Notes under the pieces: model-generated
The model's database searches: none
The model's input: only the letters and a program-made list of their open reading frames with translations
What the model was told of the DNA's origin: nothing
Translations under genes and position numbers: made by a program
Part shown: positions 14,501 through 28,008 of the stretch, one piece after another
How the letters are laid out: every line of letters begins with the position of its first letter
Numbering within the stretch: the first letter of the stretch is position 1
NCBI RefSeq assembly: GCF_006345805.1
Contig: NC_042999.1
Span: 100,316,001 to 100,380,000, forward strand
Direction: 5' to 3'
Origin: Octopus sinensis
Taxonomy: Eukaryota
DNA length: 64,000 nt

Positions 14501-14559
14501 AGATATGGAGCTTAGAATCGGTATTGCTTACATTTCATTTCCTTTATAGTTATTCCTCC

Positions 14560-15130
14560 TCTTTGACTGGTCCTACTATCTCTTATACACTTCCTCTCTC
14601 ACTGTCACTTTCTTATTTTCCCACATTTCACCCTCTTTTTTCTTTCTCTCTCTTTCTTTATCTCTCCTCTCTCCCTCTTCCTCTCCTCCTCTCTCTTCCT
14701 CTCCTCCTCTCTCTCCCTCTCTCTTGCTCTCTCTTATTCTTGTTCTTTTTCATTCTCTCATTTTTTCTGTCATTCTCTCTCCTTTTTCTTATTCGCTATA
14801 TCTTTTTCATTATATCCCTCTGTCAATCTCTTTCTTTCCTCACTTCTATTATGTGACTCAATGTCCGCCAGTTTTTGGTTTCCACTACACTCTCATCCCT
14901 GCTCCTTCCTCCCTTCTTCCCCCCTCTCTCTCTCTCTCCCTCTTTCTGTTTATTTGTCATACAATCTCAGTCTTTTTTCTGTCTATCTCACATTTTCTAT
15001 CAATTCCCTTTTCTCTCACTCTCATTTCGCTCATTTTCTTTTCACCTTAGAAATATTTCCTCCCTCCTTTCGTCTTTCCATGATCATCTTATTTTCAACT
15101 TTTTCTTCTCCTTACTTTACACTTCATGCT
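14560..15130. repeat. CT-rich low-complexity tract
   Basis: Polypyrimidine on +; overlapping ORFs are Leu/Ser/Phe artefacts. Confidence 0.9.
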
Positions 15131-16009
15131 TTAATCTATGTATATTTGTATCAATTTTCCAGTTACATAAGCCCTTTATTGTTATTATTGATGCTCAATT
15201 CCAAGTCAGCTCTGATGAAGTGGATCGATGATTACAAGTACATTAAAAATGACCACCCTTTTTGTGTATCCATGATTACATATCTAAACGTTTTCTTCCC
15301 TTTTTAAAATAATAGGGTGCGGTTTTCGAGATATTTCGTGTCTATTTCTACCAGACCTGGCAACTGCGTAGAGGCACCCTATTGGTTCGAATGTATTCTT
15401 TTCTAGAAGGGTAGCGTATGATTGAAAGAACATTTAGCATATATTTAAAAGGTTGTATAAAGGCTCCCTTATTTACATTTTAAGTCAACTGTATACAAGA
15501 GCTGAGAAACATAGTATGAAGGAAATAAGCTTATGTGATGTGTGATAGAAAGTAATGACCTGAATCTGTGTCTATCATTCAATTGAAATTACCAGCTATT
15601 TTCACTTAAATTCTTTGCAACATCTTTGAAAACGACAAGAATGCTATAACTGATTTCCTTTCTCTCCAGTAAACACGTTGTGATATGGTATCATCCTGGA
15701 AAAATACAAGAATTCTCTCTGGGGAATCCTCCTTCCAAGAGCTATTGAAAGTCGCAGTTAGCTATATAATACAGAAGTAGATGTGATTTTTTTTTTTCTC
15801 GAGAAACAATATTTGTAAACAGAAAATAGCCAGACCAGAAAAAGAAGAAACAATGGAGAGGAGAAAAAGATAGAGATAGAGAATGAAAGGAAAAAAAGAG
15901 AAAGCTGTCTTTTGATTGGAGAAAGCTTACAAAAAAATGAATAGATAACATTCACACACACAAACACACACACATGTATGTATGTATGTATGCAATTGGA
16001 AACACAAAA

Positions 16010-16740
16010 ATGGAGGCATGTGGCCTAGTGGTTAGATCGTTCGGTTCGCAATCATAATGTCGTTGGTTCAATTCATAGACCACTGAGCAAGGGTTTTCAT
16101 TTCATGTTGCTACCTGATAATGTGTACTAGCAGGTTGCTGGTGCATCTTTCTCTCCCTCGACATGTCACATCTTGGATTTGCCACTGAGTTCAGAGAGTC
16201 AAGAGAGTATCTGTATCTGTTCGCGACAACATAAGTAGCTAAAACAATGAGAGAAAGCATGGAACATATCTGCACTCGGTCTGCTTGGGAGGTTGTTGTG
16301 TCCTAGCATATGTGCTGCTTCTTTTAGTTTTCGTATTTTCCATTGGTGTTCTCTGTCTATTATTTTAACTTCATCCCACAGAGAGAAGTGGTCTACATCT
16401 TTATATGTATTATATCTTTTGTTTCAGCTACTGAATCGCAGCCATGCTGGGGCTCATCCTTGCAGGGCTCAATCGAACAAATCAACCCTACTTCTTATTT
16501 TACCGAGCCACTTATACGTAACAACATACATACACATATGTGTGAGTGTGCACGCGCATTTGTGTATGTGTGTATGTGACTGTCTGTATATATGGATGGA
16601 TGTACGACGTTACCACACTCCAAATTCCTTCACAAGGCTTTGGTCGAAGGGGCGATAGTAGAAGATATTTTCCCACGGTGCTATGCAGTAGAACTGAACC
16701 TAATACCACATGGTTGGGAAGCAATCTACTTAAACACACA
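16010..16740. mobile_element. tRNA-headed SINE on + (16010-16300) and family 2 SINE on - (16410-16740)
   Basis: tggcctagtggttag...ggttcaattc head; minus copy matches family 2. Confidence 0.7.
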
Positions 16741-16789
16741 GCTACTGCTCTAACTATACATGCGTGTGTGTGCATTTGTGTGCATGCGT

Positions 16790-17477
16790 AGTCTGATCAA
16801 TAAGTATCCGGACTGTCGCCATAGTAACGAGGCTAAAGCACGCAGAATAAAGCTGCTTGGCACAGATTGACCTTGAATTCTGGTATGCATGTGCACTAAG
16901 TTTTAACGTTCTAGCTCACTTTCGCTGTTTAGTGCTTGGAAGGAAGATGTGTAACGTGTGGTCGATGCATTGGTCATGATAGAAAACTTTGAGTAGAGAA
17001 GCTGCATCAAATTTTGCCAAAGGTTAGCGATGCCTGCTCAGAGGCCTACACAAAGTTTTTCAAAAAGTTTTCATTGTTCTCAATGCAATCAAGGAGACCT
17101 TGCGCAACTGAAATCCGAATATCTTTTTGGTCAGCCCAAAGCAGTTTTCGCACAAACTTGGCAGACATGCGTCTCAAACCCAAAATTTCAGTGATAATGG
17201 ACTGAACTGAACTGTAACTAATTTGTACATCCTCTGATAAATCCACTGATAAATGGTGATTCGACGATTTCTCCTCACAGCTGCACATACAACAACGATG
17301 CTTTTCTCAGTTCTGTTGTTGCGGATCTCCCAGAACGTTCGTCAATATCGACATTTTTCGGCCATCTTGGAAACGTCATACACCCCTCTGCATACGGCTC
17401 ATACACCCCTCTCCATACCTTTGTTTGCGGCTCATATACCCCTCTCCATTCCTTTTCTGCAACTTTGCGTAGGCCTC
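16790..17477. mobile_element. mariner fragment: 5' end on + (16790-17057) followed by its continuation inverted (17477-17050)
   Basis: + strand RSCIKFC...CSEAYTK; - strand EAYAKLQK...DIDERSGR...ISYSSVQSIITEILGLRRMSAKFVRKLL...ENFLK. Confidence 0.85.
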
Positions 17478-17513
17478 TATATATATATACAATCATACAT
17501 ACTTATATACGTG

Positions 17514-17581
<68 letters not shown>

Positions 17582-18939
17582 ATATATACGCATACATACT
17601 CATATGCGTGTGTATGTTTGGTAAGCATGCATAAATAATATACACACGCCTTAATTTGTAAAAGACCTTAAGAAAATCTACTCTAAGTGCTCGATAAAAT
17701 ATTTTAAGATAATTACAGTATGGAGCGATATCAGTATGTGCGCGTTTGAGTATGTGTGTTCCTATACAGACACGTGCACACACACTCATAAGCTGCAAAA
17801 TTAGCACCAAACTGTCACTCAGATTTCATCACAACTGTCCGAACGAGAACGTGAAAGACTGAGTAAAGTATTTGTAATAATTTTGCATGTTTAATAAATG
17901 TGTAAATCATAACAAAATTCTCGATATATTCGGCATTCACCTTCCTTGCCTTCCAATGTAAATCGCTTTATTCTTTTAGTTTATCACGATTTGTATCAGT
18001 AAAATAGCTAATGTGATACAGTCATCAACTAATAACATAAAGAAAACCTTACAGAAAATTACTACTCACTTATGATTTATAACATATATATATATACATA
18101 CAAAAATATACTCACACGCGAACAAAAACACACATACATACACACACATATGCATATGTGTGTGTTTGTGTGTATGTGTGTATGCTTGCTTTATTATATC
18201 TGACTGTGGATAAGAAATATTTCTATTTTATACTATATTGCTATAGGACCTCTAAATATTATTCATATCGAAATGATAAAGAGGATCGAAATGATAAAGA
18301 GGATCGAAATAATAAAGAAGAGAGTAGCGGTGAATATCGTGGAGGCGATGGTGGTGAAGGTGGTGGTGGTGGTGGTGATAGTAGCAGTGGTAATGGAGGC
18401 GATGGGTAAGGGTTTATTAATGTTCGTACCCAAGGCACACAGAGATTCGTTATGTTGTGCAATGAGAGCGCGCAATAAAAATAAAACTACTGGAATAATA
18501 ATAATAACGATTTCTTTAATACTTACTAGCTGCCAATAATAGTTGGTTCATCAGAATCCTTCCTGAAATATTCTGAGTATTTTCTTTCAAAATATCGTCA
18601 AATACAAATCATAATTTATAGTATATTGCATTTGCATTCTACATAGGATATATTCTAAATAGAATATAATCTATTGATAGAATTTATTAAATGAAACGTA
18701 CACAAGAGTATTCTATATAGAAAGGCAAGACAAGAGTATCCCTTTGATAGATAAGTCAGCCTCACTGGATATCATCATATCGTGAAACGAATTGGGGGAA
18801 TTATCCGAATATAAAGACTTACAAATTGTAATATATCACACTGGACAATTTGAAATCTGAGATAATCTCTATTATATGAGAAGCAATATGGCTCGGATTT
18901 TATCGTATAAGGCTACTTGCCTATGTGTTACACGTTCAA

Positions 18940-19950
18940 ATATGATGTTGGCATCAAATTTTGGCACAAGGCCAACCGTTTCGAGGAAGGAGTTAAGTCA
19001 ATTACATCGACCCCAGTATACTTATGTTATCGAACCCAAAAGGATGAAAGCAAAGTCGACCTCGGTGGAATTTGAACTCAGAACCTAAAGATGGACGAAA
19101 TGCCTATTTCTTTACTACCCACAGGGGGCTAAACACAGAGATGACAAACAAGGACAGACAAACGGATTAAGTCGGTTTCATCGATCCCAATGTATCACTG
19201 GTACTTAATTTATCGACCCCGAAAGGATGAAAGGCAAAATCGACCTCGGCGGAATTTGAACTCAGAACCTAAAGTTGGACGAAATGCCGCTAAGCATTTT
19301 GCCTGGTATGCTCACGCTTCTGCCAATGTTTGGTTAGAACATTTTATTCTGAAAAGTGCATTTGAATAAATGGAAAAAAAGTTTCTTGATTATTTAGCAA
19401 ATGTATGGCAATGCATTATTTGGAAAATGTATGGCGAAATCATAATAATAATAATAATTGTTTCTAAAGAGTAAAAGGTGTTCTATATGACACATTCTAC
19501 CAGTATCCGAAATTTCAAAGTGTTTAGTTAAAGAAAATTAATTAATCGAGCTGCCCATGTAAAGGAAAAGACCCCTGCTACTTATTGTATTGACTCTGAA
19601 AGGATGAAAAGCAAAGTCAACCTGGGTAGAATTTGAACTCAGATCGTAAAGACAGACGAAATGCCGGTAAGTATTTTGTCTGGCGCGCTAACGATTCTGC
19701 TAGCTCGCCGCCTTACAATGATTTAATATTAATGATACTGGTTTCAAAGTTTGTCACAAGGCCAGCAGTTTCGGGGGAAGGGGTTACTCGATTACATCTA
19801 CCCCAGTATTTCAACTGGTACTTATTTCATCGTCCTCGAAAGGATGAAAGGCAAAGTCGAACTCGGTGGAATTTAAACTCAGAACGTAGACAGACGAAAT
19901 GCTGCTAAACATGTTCCTGGTGTGCAAACGTTTGTGCCAGCTCGCCGCCT
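18940..19950 (-). mobile_element. Four family 1 SINE copies in two tandem pairs
   Basis: Repeated aaaggatgaaag(g)caaagtcgac...gaatttgaactcaga blocks. Confidence 0.85.
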
Positions 19951-20429
19951 TACAATAATATAATATTAATGATATTAATTACTAGAAGTCATTGGACCAG
20001 TTATAAAAATTACAATGGTGATGCTAATAATTCTGTCGACAGTATACATGAATCAAATGAATTAAATATTGTAAATATTGAAACTAATTCCAAATATATG
20101 AAATAATTGTATGATGGACTTATAAGCAAAGGTTACATTTCGGCACAGATCAATAGTAAATTGATTAAATTCAAATTAGATACTGGCAACACTAGAACTT
20201 TGATTGATTTAAAAATCTTTAAAATTATTGGATCTCCATCATCAGAATCGGTATTGATAAAATTAAAGACTTATTGTAATAAAAATATTCCAATTAAAGG
20301 AAAGTGTCTATTAAATATTAAAATTGGAAATAAATAACAACAAAATTTAGAGATTATTATAATTGATTCCGTAATAGGTTCAAATATAATTGGATTGGGT
20401 CGGGTAAAAGCATTTAATGTCACCGATAT

Positions 20430-20645
20430 AAAGCGGTGAGCGAGTGGGATCGTAGCACATCGAGTAAAAATGCTAAGCGACATTTTCTCCGTCATTAGGT
20501 TGAGTTCAAATTCCGCCTTGGTCGAATTTGCCTTTTATCTGTTCAGGATCGATAAAATAAGTACCAATTGAGCATTGGGATCAATTTAATCGACTTACTC
20601 TCTCCCCTGAATTGCTGGTGTTGTGCCAAACTTTGAAACCAATAT
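20430..20645 (+). mobile_element. Family 1 SINE inserted into the Gypsy protease/RT region
   Basis: gagttcaaattccgccttggtcgaatttgcc...gataaaataagtacc. Confidence 0.8.
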
Positions 20646-21004
20646 GTTAGCGATATTTTGCTCAAAAGTTATTAGCGATATAGTTAATGTTTATAATTCA
20701 AAGGATTTGACATGAATGTTAAAAATCGACGATTTATGTTCTAAATATTCCGGGGCATTATCACTTGCCTTAAGGTGCAACACAAAAACACAGATCATAA
20801 TTCTGCTACGCCCAGGTGGGAAACCGGTTTATCGGAAGACAAATCATTACTTTGTACAAAAGCTTAAATGGTAAAATTTTTAAAGATTTGGAATACAAAA
20901 TTCTGAGCCGTGCATTAGAATTGATCCATTAGAGCGGTCGAGCTACGCCAGTTATCTCTGTTTGAAAACCAAAAGGCAAATTTCGCATCTACAATGATTC
21001 AAAT

Positions 21005-21134
21005 CAGGCAGATGCAGCCTTTTTTGAGAGGTGGGCCGCATGAGACATGGGCCGTTCTGCTAAAAAATTCAAGGTAATGTTTCGTTAAGCGTGCCGTTCA
21101 GAAAGTCCCACGGGCCGTATGTTGCCTATTACTG
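21005..21134. mobile_element. Short hAT-type MITE inserted in the Gypsy RT
   Basis: Ends CAGGCAGATGCAGCC and GGGCCGTATGTTGCCTATTACTG with subterminal GGGCCG motifs; RT reading resumes after it. Confidence 0.55.
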
Positions 21135-24100
21135 GTTTAAAGTACCAACATGAAGCATTGAAGATTTCCACCAGGTGCTCAGGCACGAAGACTTTTCCAT
21201 AAACCTGAGCATGAAAAAAGAAAGCGCCAGCGTAATCAATTTAAAGAAACATATATCTACAGCTTGAGTTAACAGAAGAATCACAAAAATTACTTGCGAG
21301 TAATATACATTTCGATTTTTACAACTACAAGCGAGTGCCATACGGTATTTCCATCGCATCTGTTATATTTCAATGGGTTGTGCGGGTATTTGGGCGCTTA
21401 CGACAGATGAAAAGAATTAAATAATTTAGAAATATACTTAACCATTTAAAAGATTATAGCTTAAAATATAATAAACAAGTACTAGGCTTACAAAGAATAA
21501 GTCCTGGTGTCGATTTGCTCGACTAAAGGCGGTGCTCCAGCATGGCCACAGTCAAATGACTGAAACAGTTAAAAGAGTAAAAGAAAAAAGTAATTTTTTT
21601 CTGAAAATGGTTGATTATCGAGACGACTATTTACGTTTCAAGAAAAAGATTACCCGGAAAAATACTGACGTTGTTAAAAAGAAATTGGCAATCCCCAAAA
21701 ATAAACGTGTACTTTTAGCATTTATTTTGAAAGCCGGATGTGTCCATATTCATTAAGATCATAACTGAATATTACTGTACCATGATATAATTTAACGAAA
21801 AACTTGTCATTCAAATAGTCAGATGATAGTTAACAAATTTTTATGAATAAATGCGACAATTAATCGAGCCCGAAAGATCACAGCTAATGACAATTTTCCA
21901 CTAATTTTGGTAGTAGACACGTCACCAGTTTGTATTGGAGAAGTTCTGTAACGACGTGAAATGGAATTGAACGTTCATTGACTTACGCTTCTAAAGCACT
22001 AAATTACACATCAATGGCGATATTCGTAATTAGATCATGCGGGATTATCTCATATTCCATTTTCAAAAATGTAATCAGTTCCTATATTGAATTAATTACC
22101 AATTTCGAATTAATTACTAATCACAAGCTTCTGAAACACATTTTTGTCACCGAATAAAATTATATCGGTACGTCTCACCATCTGCAATGTTGCACGATGT
22201 TATTGGCGTCGTATAAATATACGGTGTAGAGCTTCATTCGAGACATAAAAATGCTGATTCATTATCAAAACTGACGATCGGACCTGATTATGGTTTTGAC
22301 GAAAGTCTTCAAATTCATATTCTATCAGGATTCCAAATACATCAAATTATTGAAAGCATCGATGAAACGCTGGTTATCACTAAAAAAAATTGAATTAGCA
22401 TTGAAGCTTGATGTCAATATTATTCGAACTAAATATTTCGTTGATATTACTTGATCATAAAAATTAAATAATGGAAATGAACATCTAAGAAGGTATTGAA
22501 TAAAATGAGGTGCAATAAATTATCACAGGAATTTACTAATTTTACATTCTAATTTTTCTAGAGTAATTATATCCAACAATGGAACTCAGTTCACGTCATC
22601 TAATGTAAACAATTTTGCAATGAAATGGACATTTAGCATTTGACGTCACCTTTTTTCTAACCAGCTTCAAATGATAAAGATTGTTTTGTTCAAGCCTTGA
22701 AACAAGGAATTCAAAGAACATGACATTAAAATCATTCATCAGTAGAAGGGCAAACAAATATTTGACTATCATATTGTTCCACTCCAAACCCAGCATTAGA
22801 CGGAAAAACCGTCAGTAGAAGTGCTGCGCAACCAACAGCCATGAAAAATTAGAGAATTATCATTGCCGCCAACCATGACCAACTCAAGAGCTGTTCCAAT
22901 AAAATACATATTTGGCGATCGATATTTGTCAGAGGTTATGAGAATAAAAATATTAAGTGAAGTTGTAGTATAATTAGGACGAAACTCGATTCAGTGTCAT
23001 ACTTAGTTCAAACTGACAAGTGTCAATGGAAACGGCACCAGAATCAAACTCTGTTACAGGATCGTAAGGTGTCAGTGCCGACCAAATAAACATTGAGTAA
23101 ATTCAATGATTTTTTTTTTTTTTTTTTCGTGTAAAATCGGTTTTCAGGCAACATCATCTCCACTTGCTTATAATGATTTACTCATTGCCACAGTTGAGAG
23201 AATTGGTACAAAATCTACGCAGATCCATCGGGCAACGGCAAGCACTGGTACGTTATCCGGCATCAACAATAAAACTACAAAGAACATACACTTTATTTTT
23301 ATTTAAATTATGTATTGATAATGTTATACTATTTATCAGTTAATACACTTATTAGTATTTCAAATTCATATTTTCATCTCTTCATTGTCAATCTAACACC
23401 ATAAAAATGATTACTACGTATTTTTTGTATTCGGAAATGACCACTAACGTATTCAATTATTCAAAGTTTGTTATGTCTTAGTTATTAAATTATTTATTCA
23501 ATATTATCGGCATAAATATTTAGAGGGAATATTATTATACTAGCGAGTAAATGCGGGCGCAAGATTGATATCTTGAATAAATTGAACCTAGAAAAGAGTA
23601 GGACAAGAAGGGAAAGCTTAAATATATTACAGCTGAAGTTGGAATTTGAATTTAAATAATATACTTTTGTGGTGAATTTCGAATAGAAAAAACCGTAGGA
23701 AAAAGATTAAAATGAAACTAATGTGCGTTTAGGAAGCATGTTATTAATGTAGATAAATCTGAAGGGTTATTTTCTTTCCCATCTATTTTCCTCTCATGTG
23801 CACATCCCCAAAGATTTATGTGAGTCTGAGTAAGATAAATTTAATGTTGCTTACTCTGTGGAAAGGAGGTCAATGCTTATAGAATATATGTGTTAGGGGT
23901 AAGAGTTTCTGAGTATCAAGAGTTATATGAGCATAAATTCCGAAATTTTGTGTCTTTTGTGGGGATAAATTTTTATTTTTCAGCGTGAAAAGTTGGAGCT
24001 CACTAAAACCATCATATAATATATGTCTCATTGTTTCTGAGCTGACAGGATATGACTCTCTATTTGACTGTTAGTAGGCAAATGAAGGAGCATCCCACTC

Positions 24101-25654
24101 ACTCTTTCCTCCTATTTGAGCTCGTATTTCTGTATGCCTGACTGTCAGCTCAGGAAAAACATGAGAGGAATTTTGAAAGACGGACAGTATCTCCATCATA
24201 TATGAGTGCTTCAATCCTCTCATCATCCACCACATATTATTTTAAAAGGAGTAAATCTAAGAAGTTTCCTATATACTATTTTTCAGAAAGGGAGTTAGAA
24301 AGCTGCGAAAATAGGTATACTTCTACATTTAATCGAATTAAAAACAACTTTTACTTTTGTCGGTTTCTCCTTATATCCTGCTATAGAATTTGGATGAATA
24401 ATTTTTTACAAGTAGCCATCACTTGATAGAAATTTTGAAATTAAATGAATTCTATATTATATTCCCAAAAGAACAAAAAATTACATTTATGAAGTATTCG
24501 ACATAAAACTGAAAAACACTGTTTATTGTCGAAAAAAAAAAGCATTTCTTAAATAAAGTTTTGATATGTAATTGACTATTTTAAAACTGTCTCACCATTA
24601 GAAGTGTTTATTTACAAAAATTTAAAAAATTATATTTACTTCAAGCACAAGGGTATAAAAAGTTTATTCCCCTGTTAAAGCTTAGCTTAGGGTTGGTTGC
24701 AAATGCAAAATAAAGCGGTTGCACATAAAGGAGAAAAGTTTTAACAGAAGAAAAAACGATGAAAAAATAACAAGTGGCTAATAATTGGAGTATCTATGAA
24801 GATTTACTTCTTTTCTGAATTTCATTTCTGGCATATTTCAGCAAATAACTATTTTACTAAACTTTAATATCATTTTATTTAACATTACTAAGCCACGACT
24901 ACAAAGAAAAAAATTAAGCTATAACAAATTTATGCATATTCAAAAGAAATATCATAATTTGCTGTAATTTACATACCATTGAATACAAGATGTAATAATT
25001 TAATAAGTAAATAAATAGATAACATTATTACACTAATATAACGTTAACTAAATAGCAAGCAAATCAGCAAATGACTTATGATGTAATTATAGATATCGAA
25101 TTCGGGTTTTAAGTAATTCAGTAATTATATATAACCAGTAATATATTCAAAGATGATAGAAGCCATAAAATGAATATATCTGTGTGTGTGTATGAATGTG
25201 GGCATAAACATAGATAAATACTCGCATACATACATATATTCAAACATACATACATACGTTACATACATACATACATACATACATACATGCATAAATACAT
25301 ACATGCATGCATGCATGCATACATACATACATGCATACATACATGCATACATACATGCATACATACATACATACATACATACATGCATACATACATACAT
25401 ACATGCATGCATACATAGGTATCACGAGACTGCTATTTGAGACTGTTATCATTTCATTCAGAAGATGAGGTGGAGAGGGTTCCTAAAAAGTTAATTTTCC
25501 AAACAAAACATAATGAAGAACTGATGAAAGCGTTACTTAAAACAAGAGATTACACTCGAGTGTAGCTGTCTCTTAAGTGTACGCGTGTGAGTGAGTGAGA
25601 GTGTGTGTGTGCGTGTATGTGTGATTGAGTGTGTGCGTGCACGCGAACACGGAA

Positions 25655-26075
25655 AGAAGTTTGCTTCCCAACCACATGGTTCAGGATTCATTTCCTCTGC
25701 ATGATACCTTGGGCAACTGCCTACTACTATAGCCTCAGGTCGACCAAAGCATTGTGAGTGGATGTGGTATAGGAAAACTGAAAGATTTCCGTCGTATATG
25801 TGTGCTTGTGTGTGTGTGTGTGAATGAGTGTGTGTAAATGTATGTATTTATGTTCATATGTATGTGTGTATGTGAATGTGTGTACATGTCTTCTCTTTGA
25901 GTTTGTCCCCCACCATCACTTGACAACCGGTGTTGCTTTGCTTACGTCTACATAACTAGCAGTTTGGCATAAGAAACCGACATAATAACTACCAGGCTAA
26001 AAGTTAAATTAAGTACCGGGGTCGATTATTCGACTAAAACCCTCCAGGACAGTACCCCAGCATGGTTGCAGACTA
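25655..26075 (+). mobile_element. Family 2 SINE
   Basis: cccaaccacatggttc...gcattgtgagtggat...ggggtcgattattcgactaaaac...ccccagcatgg. Confidence 0.8.
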
Positions 26076-26389
26076 GTAAATGATAAAATATATAGCTACA
26101 ACAGCAAGGCGCATGCTAGGAGTCCGAGCGTGCGAAAGAACTAATGAACGGACCGGTGTATGGGAGCGAGGGGCGGACGTGTACGAGCGAGCGTTGTTGC
26201 TACCGGGCTGCGAGGCGGAGGGCAACAATAGCAGTGAAGGCGAGGCACTCGCATGCAGATGGACGAGGTGACGGTGGCAGCGACATATCAAGAACTCGCT
26301 GGCAGTGTAGAGTCAAGATGGCAAACACGAAGCGAAAGAGAGTGATAACTACCCTTCCATTGGAAATTTCACCTGATCAGCAAGACCCT

Positions 26390-26620
26390 ACTGGCTAGAG
26401 GTGTGACCCTCGTGATCGTGAGATCAAGGTTTGGCGTTGTGTTCTTGAGCAAAAACACTTCATTTTACTTTGAGTTGGTTGTAAATGTGTAACCCTGTGA
26501 TGGACTAGCCTTCCGATTAGGAATATTGGCCTGCTTACCTAGCCAGTGTGGGTAGCATCATTCGAAAGTTAAAACGATGCGAAGTACATTGTGACAAGTG
26601 ATGTATAACAACATCCAATA
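26390..26620 (+). mobile_element. SINE remnant (family 3); its 3' part also occurs on - at 11805-11930
   Basis: Shared tggcctgct..c.tagccag.g.gg...catcattcgaa.g.taaa.c.atgcgaa..cattgtgac block. Confidence 0.65.
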
Positions 26621-26787
26621 GGGATCTTATCGGTTTGGATGCCACCATTAATTCTGTTTGAATTGATTTCATATTCAGTGTAATGATACACTTCTATAGG
26701 CTAATTGATGATGCGAAAGTAATTTTCGCTTTAAATCAATAAATAAAGAGATATAAGTAATTAAAGTTTGAAAATTTTAGTAATTTT

Positions 26788-26887
26788 AGCCAATCGTAAA
26801 CCACAGACACATTCGTGCTTGTTTCGATAGTAAGAAGCGGAATATGAGAACTCCTTTGTATCTCAACGTGCTTGTTGCCATAGTAAC
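26788..26887. promoter_or_regulatory. Candidate promoter module: CCAAT box and RFX X-box
   Basis: AGCCAATC at 26788-26795; GTTGCCATAGTAAC at 26874-26887 within the near-palindrome CTTGTTGCCATAGTAACAAG, in apparently unique sequence. Confidence 0.3.
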
Positions 26888-27566
26888 AAGCGGATCCGAG
26901 CAGTCTTTGGAAAGTCTTTATCTGAAAGGAAACACGTTTTGACAAATTTGACGCTGTGTTCTGTGTGATTATGGAAGCAAACTCCAGGAACGTCACTTCT
27001 ATTATAGAAACATTGAAAACAGGGGAAATTTTAAAAATTAAAACCGAAGGTTAAATGTTTTTTTAATGCTTAAATGTTTGTTTTTTAAGCATATTTTGTT
27101 CACTCTTATTTTCATATATAACATATAAACATGTACATCATTTGGAAAATTATCATTATATAAGATTTTGCTGGCAAATTTTTAAACTAATATAAACATT
27201 TATTTACATGAAAGAAAATTACAGAACTTTCATCTAATTCTTCCAAATCTTTCCGTTAAAAATTGTAATGCGTTTATCTTGTAACGTGTTGTTTATCGCA
27301 TTTGCATTAAATGCATATTCAATGCTTAAATGTTTGTTTACTTGTTTCTTTTTGTCATTGAGCATTGAGGTGGTATGTTGGGTGCTAAACATATATTTAC
27401 ATGAAAGAATATTACCGAAGGCATAACACGCGTTGTTTACAAATATTGACAACACGTGCTATTTCCAGAATGTTGACGACAAAATGTGCAGTCTTGCACA
27501 AAATGACAGCTTGACAGCTTCCAAATCCTGTTTCCTGACTGAGTGAAAAGGATCAGACTTTAAACC

Positions 27567-27783
27567 TCTCTCTCTCTTTTACTCTTTTACTTGTTTCAGT
27601 CATTTGACTGCGGCCATGCTGGAGCACCGCCTTTAGTCGAGCAAATCGACCCCGGAACTTATTCTTTGTAAGCCCAGTACTTATTCTATCGGTCTCTTTT
27701 GCCGAACCGCTAAGTGACGGGGACGTAAACACACCAGCATCGGTTGTCAAGCAATGCTAGGGGTACAAACACAGACACACAAG

Positions 27784-27843
<60 letters not shown>

Positions 27844-28008
27844 TACGACATGCTTCTTTCAGTTTCTGTCTACCAAATCCACTCACAAGGCATTGGTCAG
27901 CCCGGGGCTATAGCAGAAGACACTTGCTCAAGATGCCACGCAGTGGGACTGAACCCGGAACTATGTAGTTGGTTAGCAAGCTACTTACCACACAGCTACT
28001 CCTGCGCC
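27567..28008 (-). mobile_element. Full-length tRNA-derived SINE (family 2) with internal (TA)n
   Basis: Reverse complement of ggcgcaggagtagctgtgtggtaag...gttcagtcccactgcgtggc...ccttgtgagtggatttggtagac...ggtgctccagcatggccgcagtcaaatgactgaaac. Confidence 0.9.

Larger units (their letters stand above)
20090..23270 (+). mobile_element. Heavily decayed Gypsy/Ty3 LTR retrotransposon pol (protease-RT-RNase H-integrase)
   Basis: FKLDTG protease; ATPV and YLQLELTEESQKLL...YKRVPYGI RT; VDTSPVCIG, YASKAL, ITNHK, HKNADSLSKL RNase H; IISNNGTQFTS integrase; WKRHQNQ and LRRS...VRY at the C-terminus. Many stops and frameshifts. Confidence 0.88.

Noticed and set aside
25519-25560. CTGATGA followed by a short stem
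   Set aside because: G12 is missing, with no stem I or III; other CTGATGA hits (10696, 15211, 18546, 50907, 52374) also lack GAAA in register.
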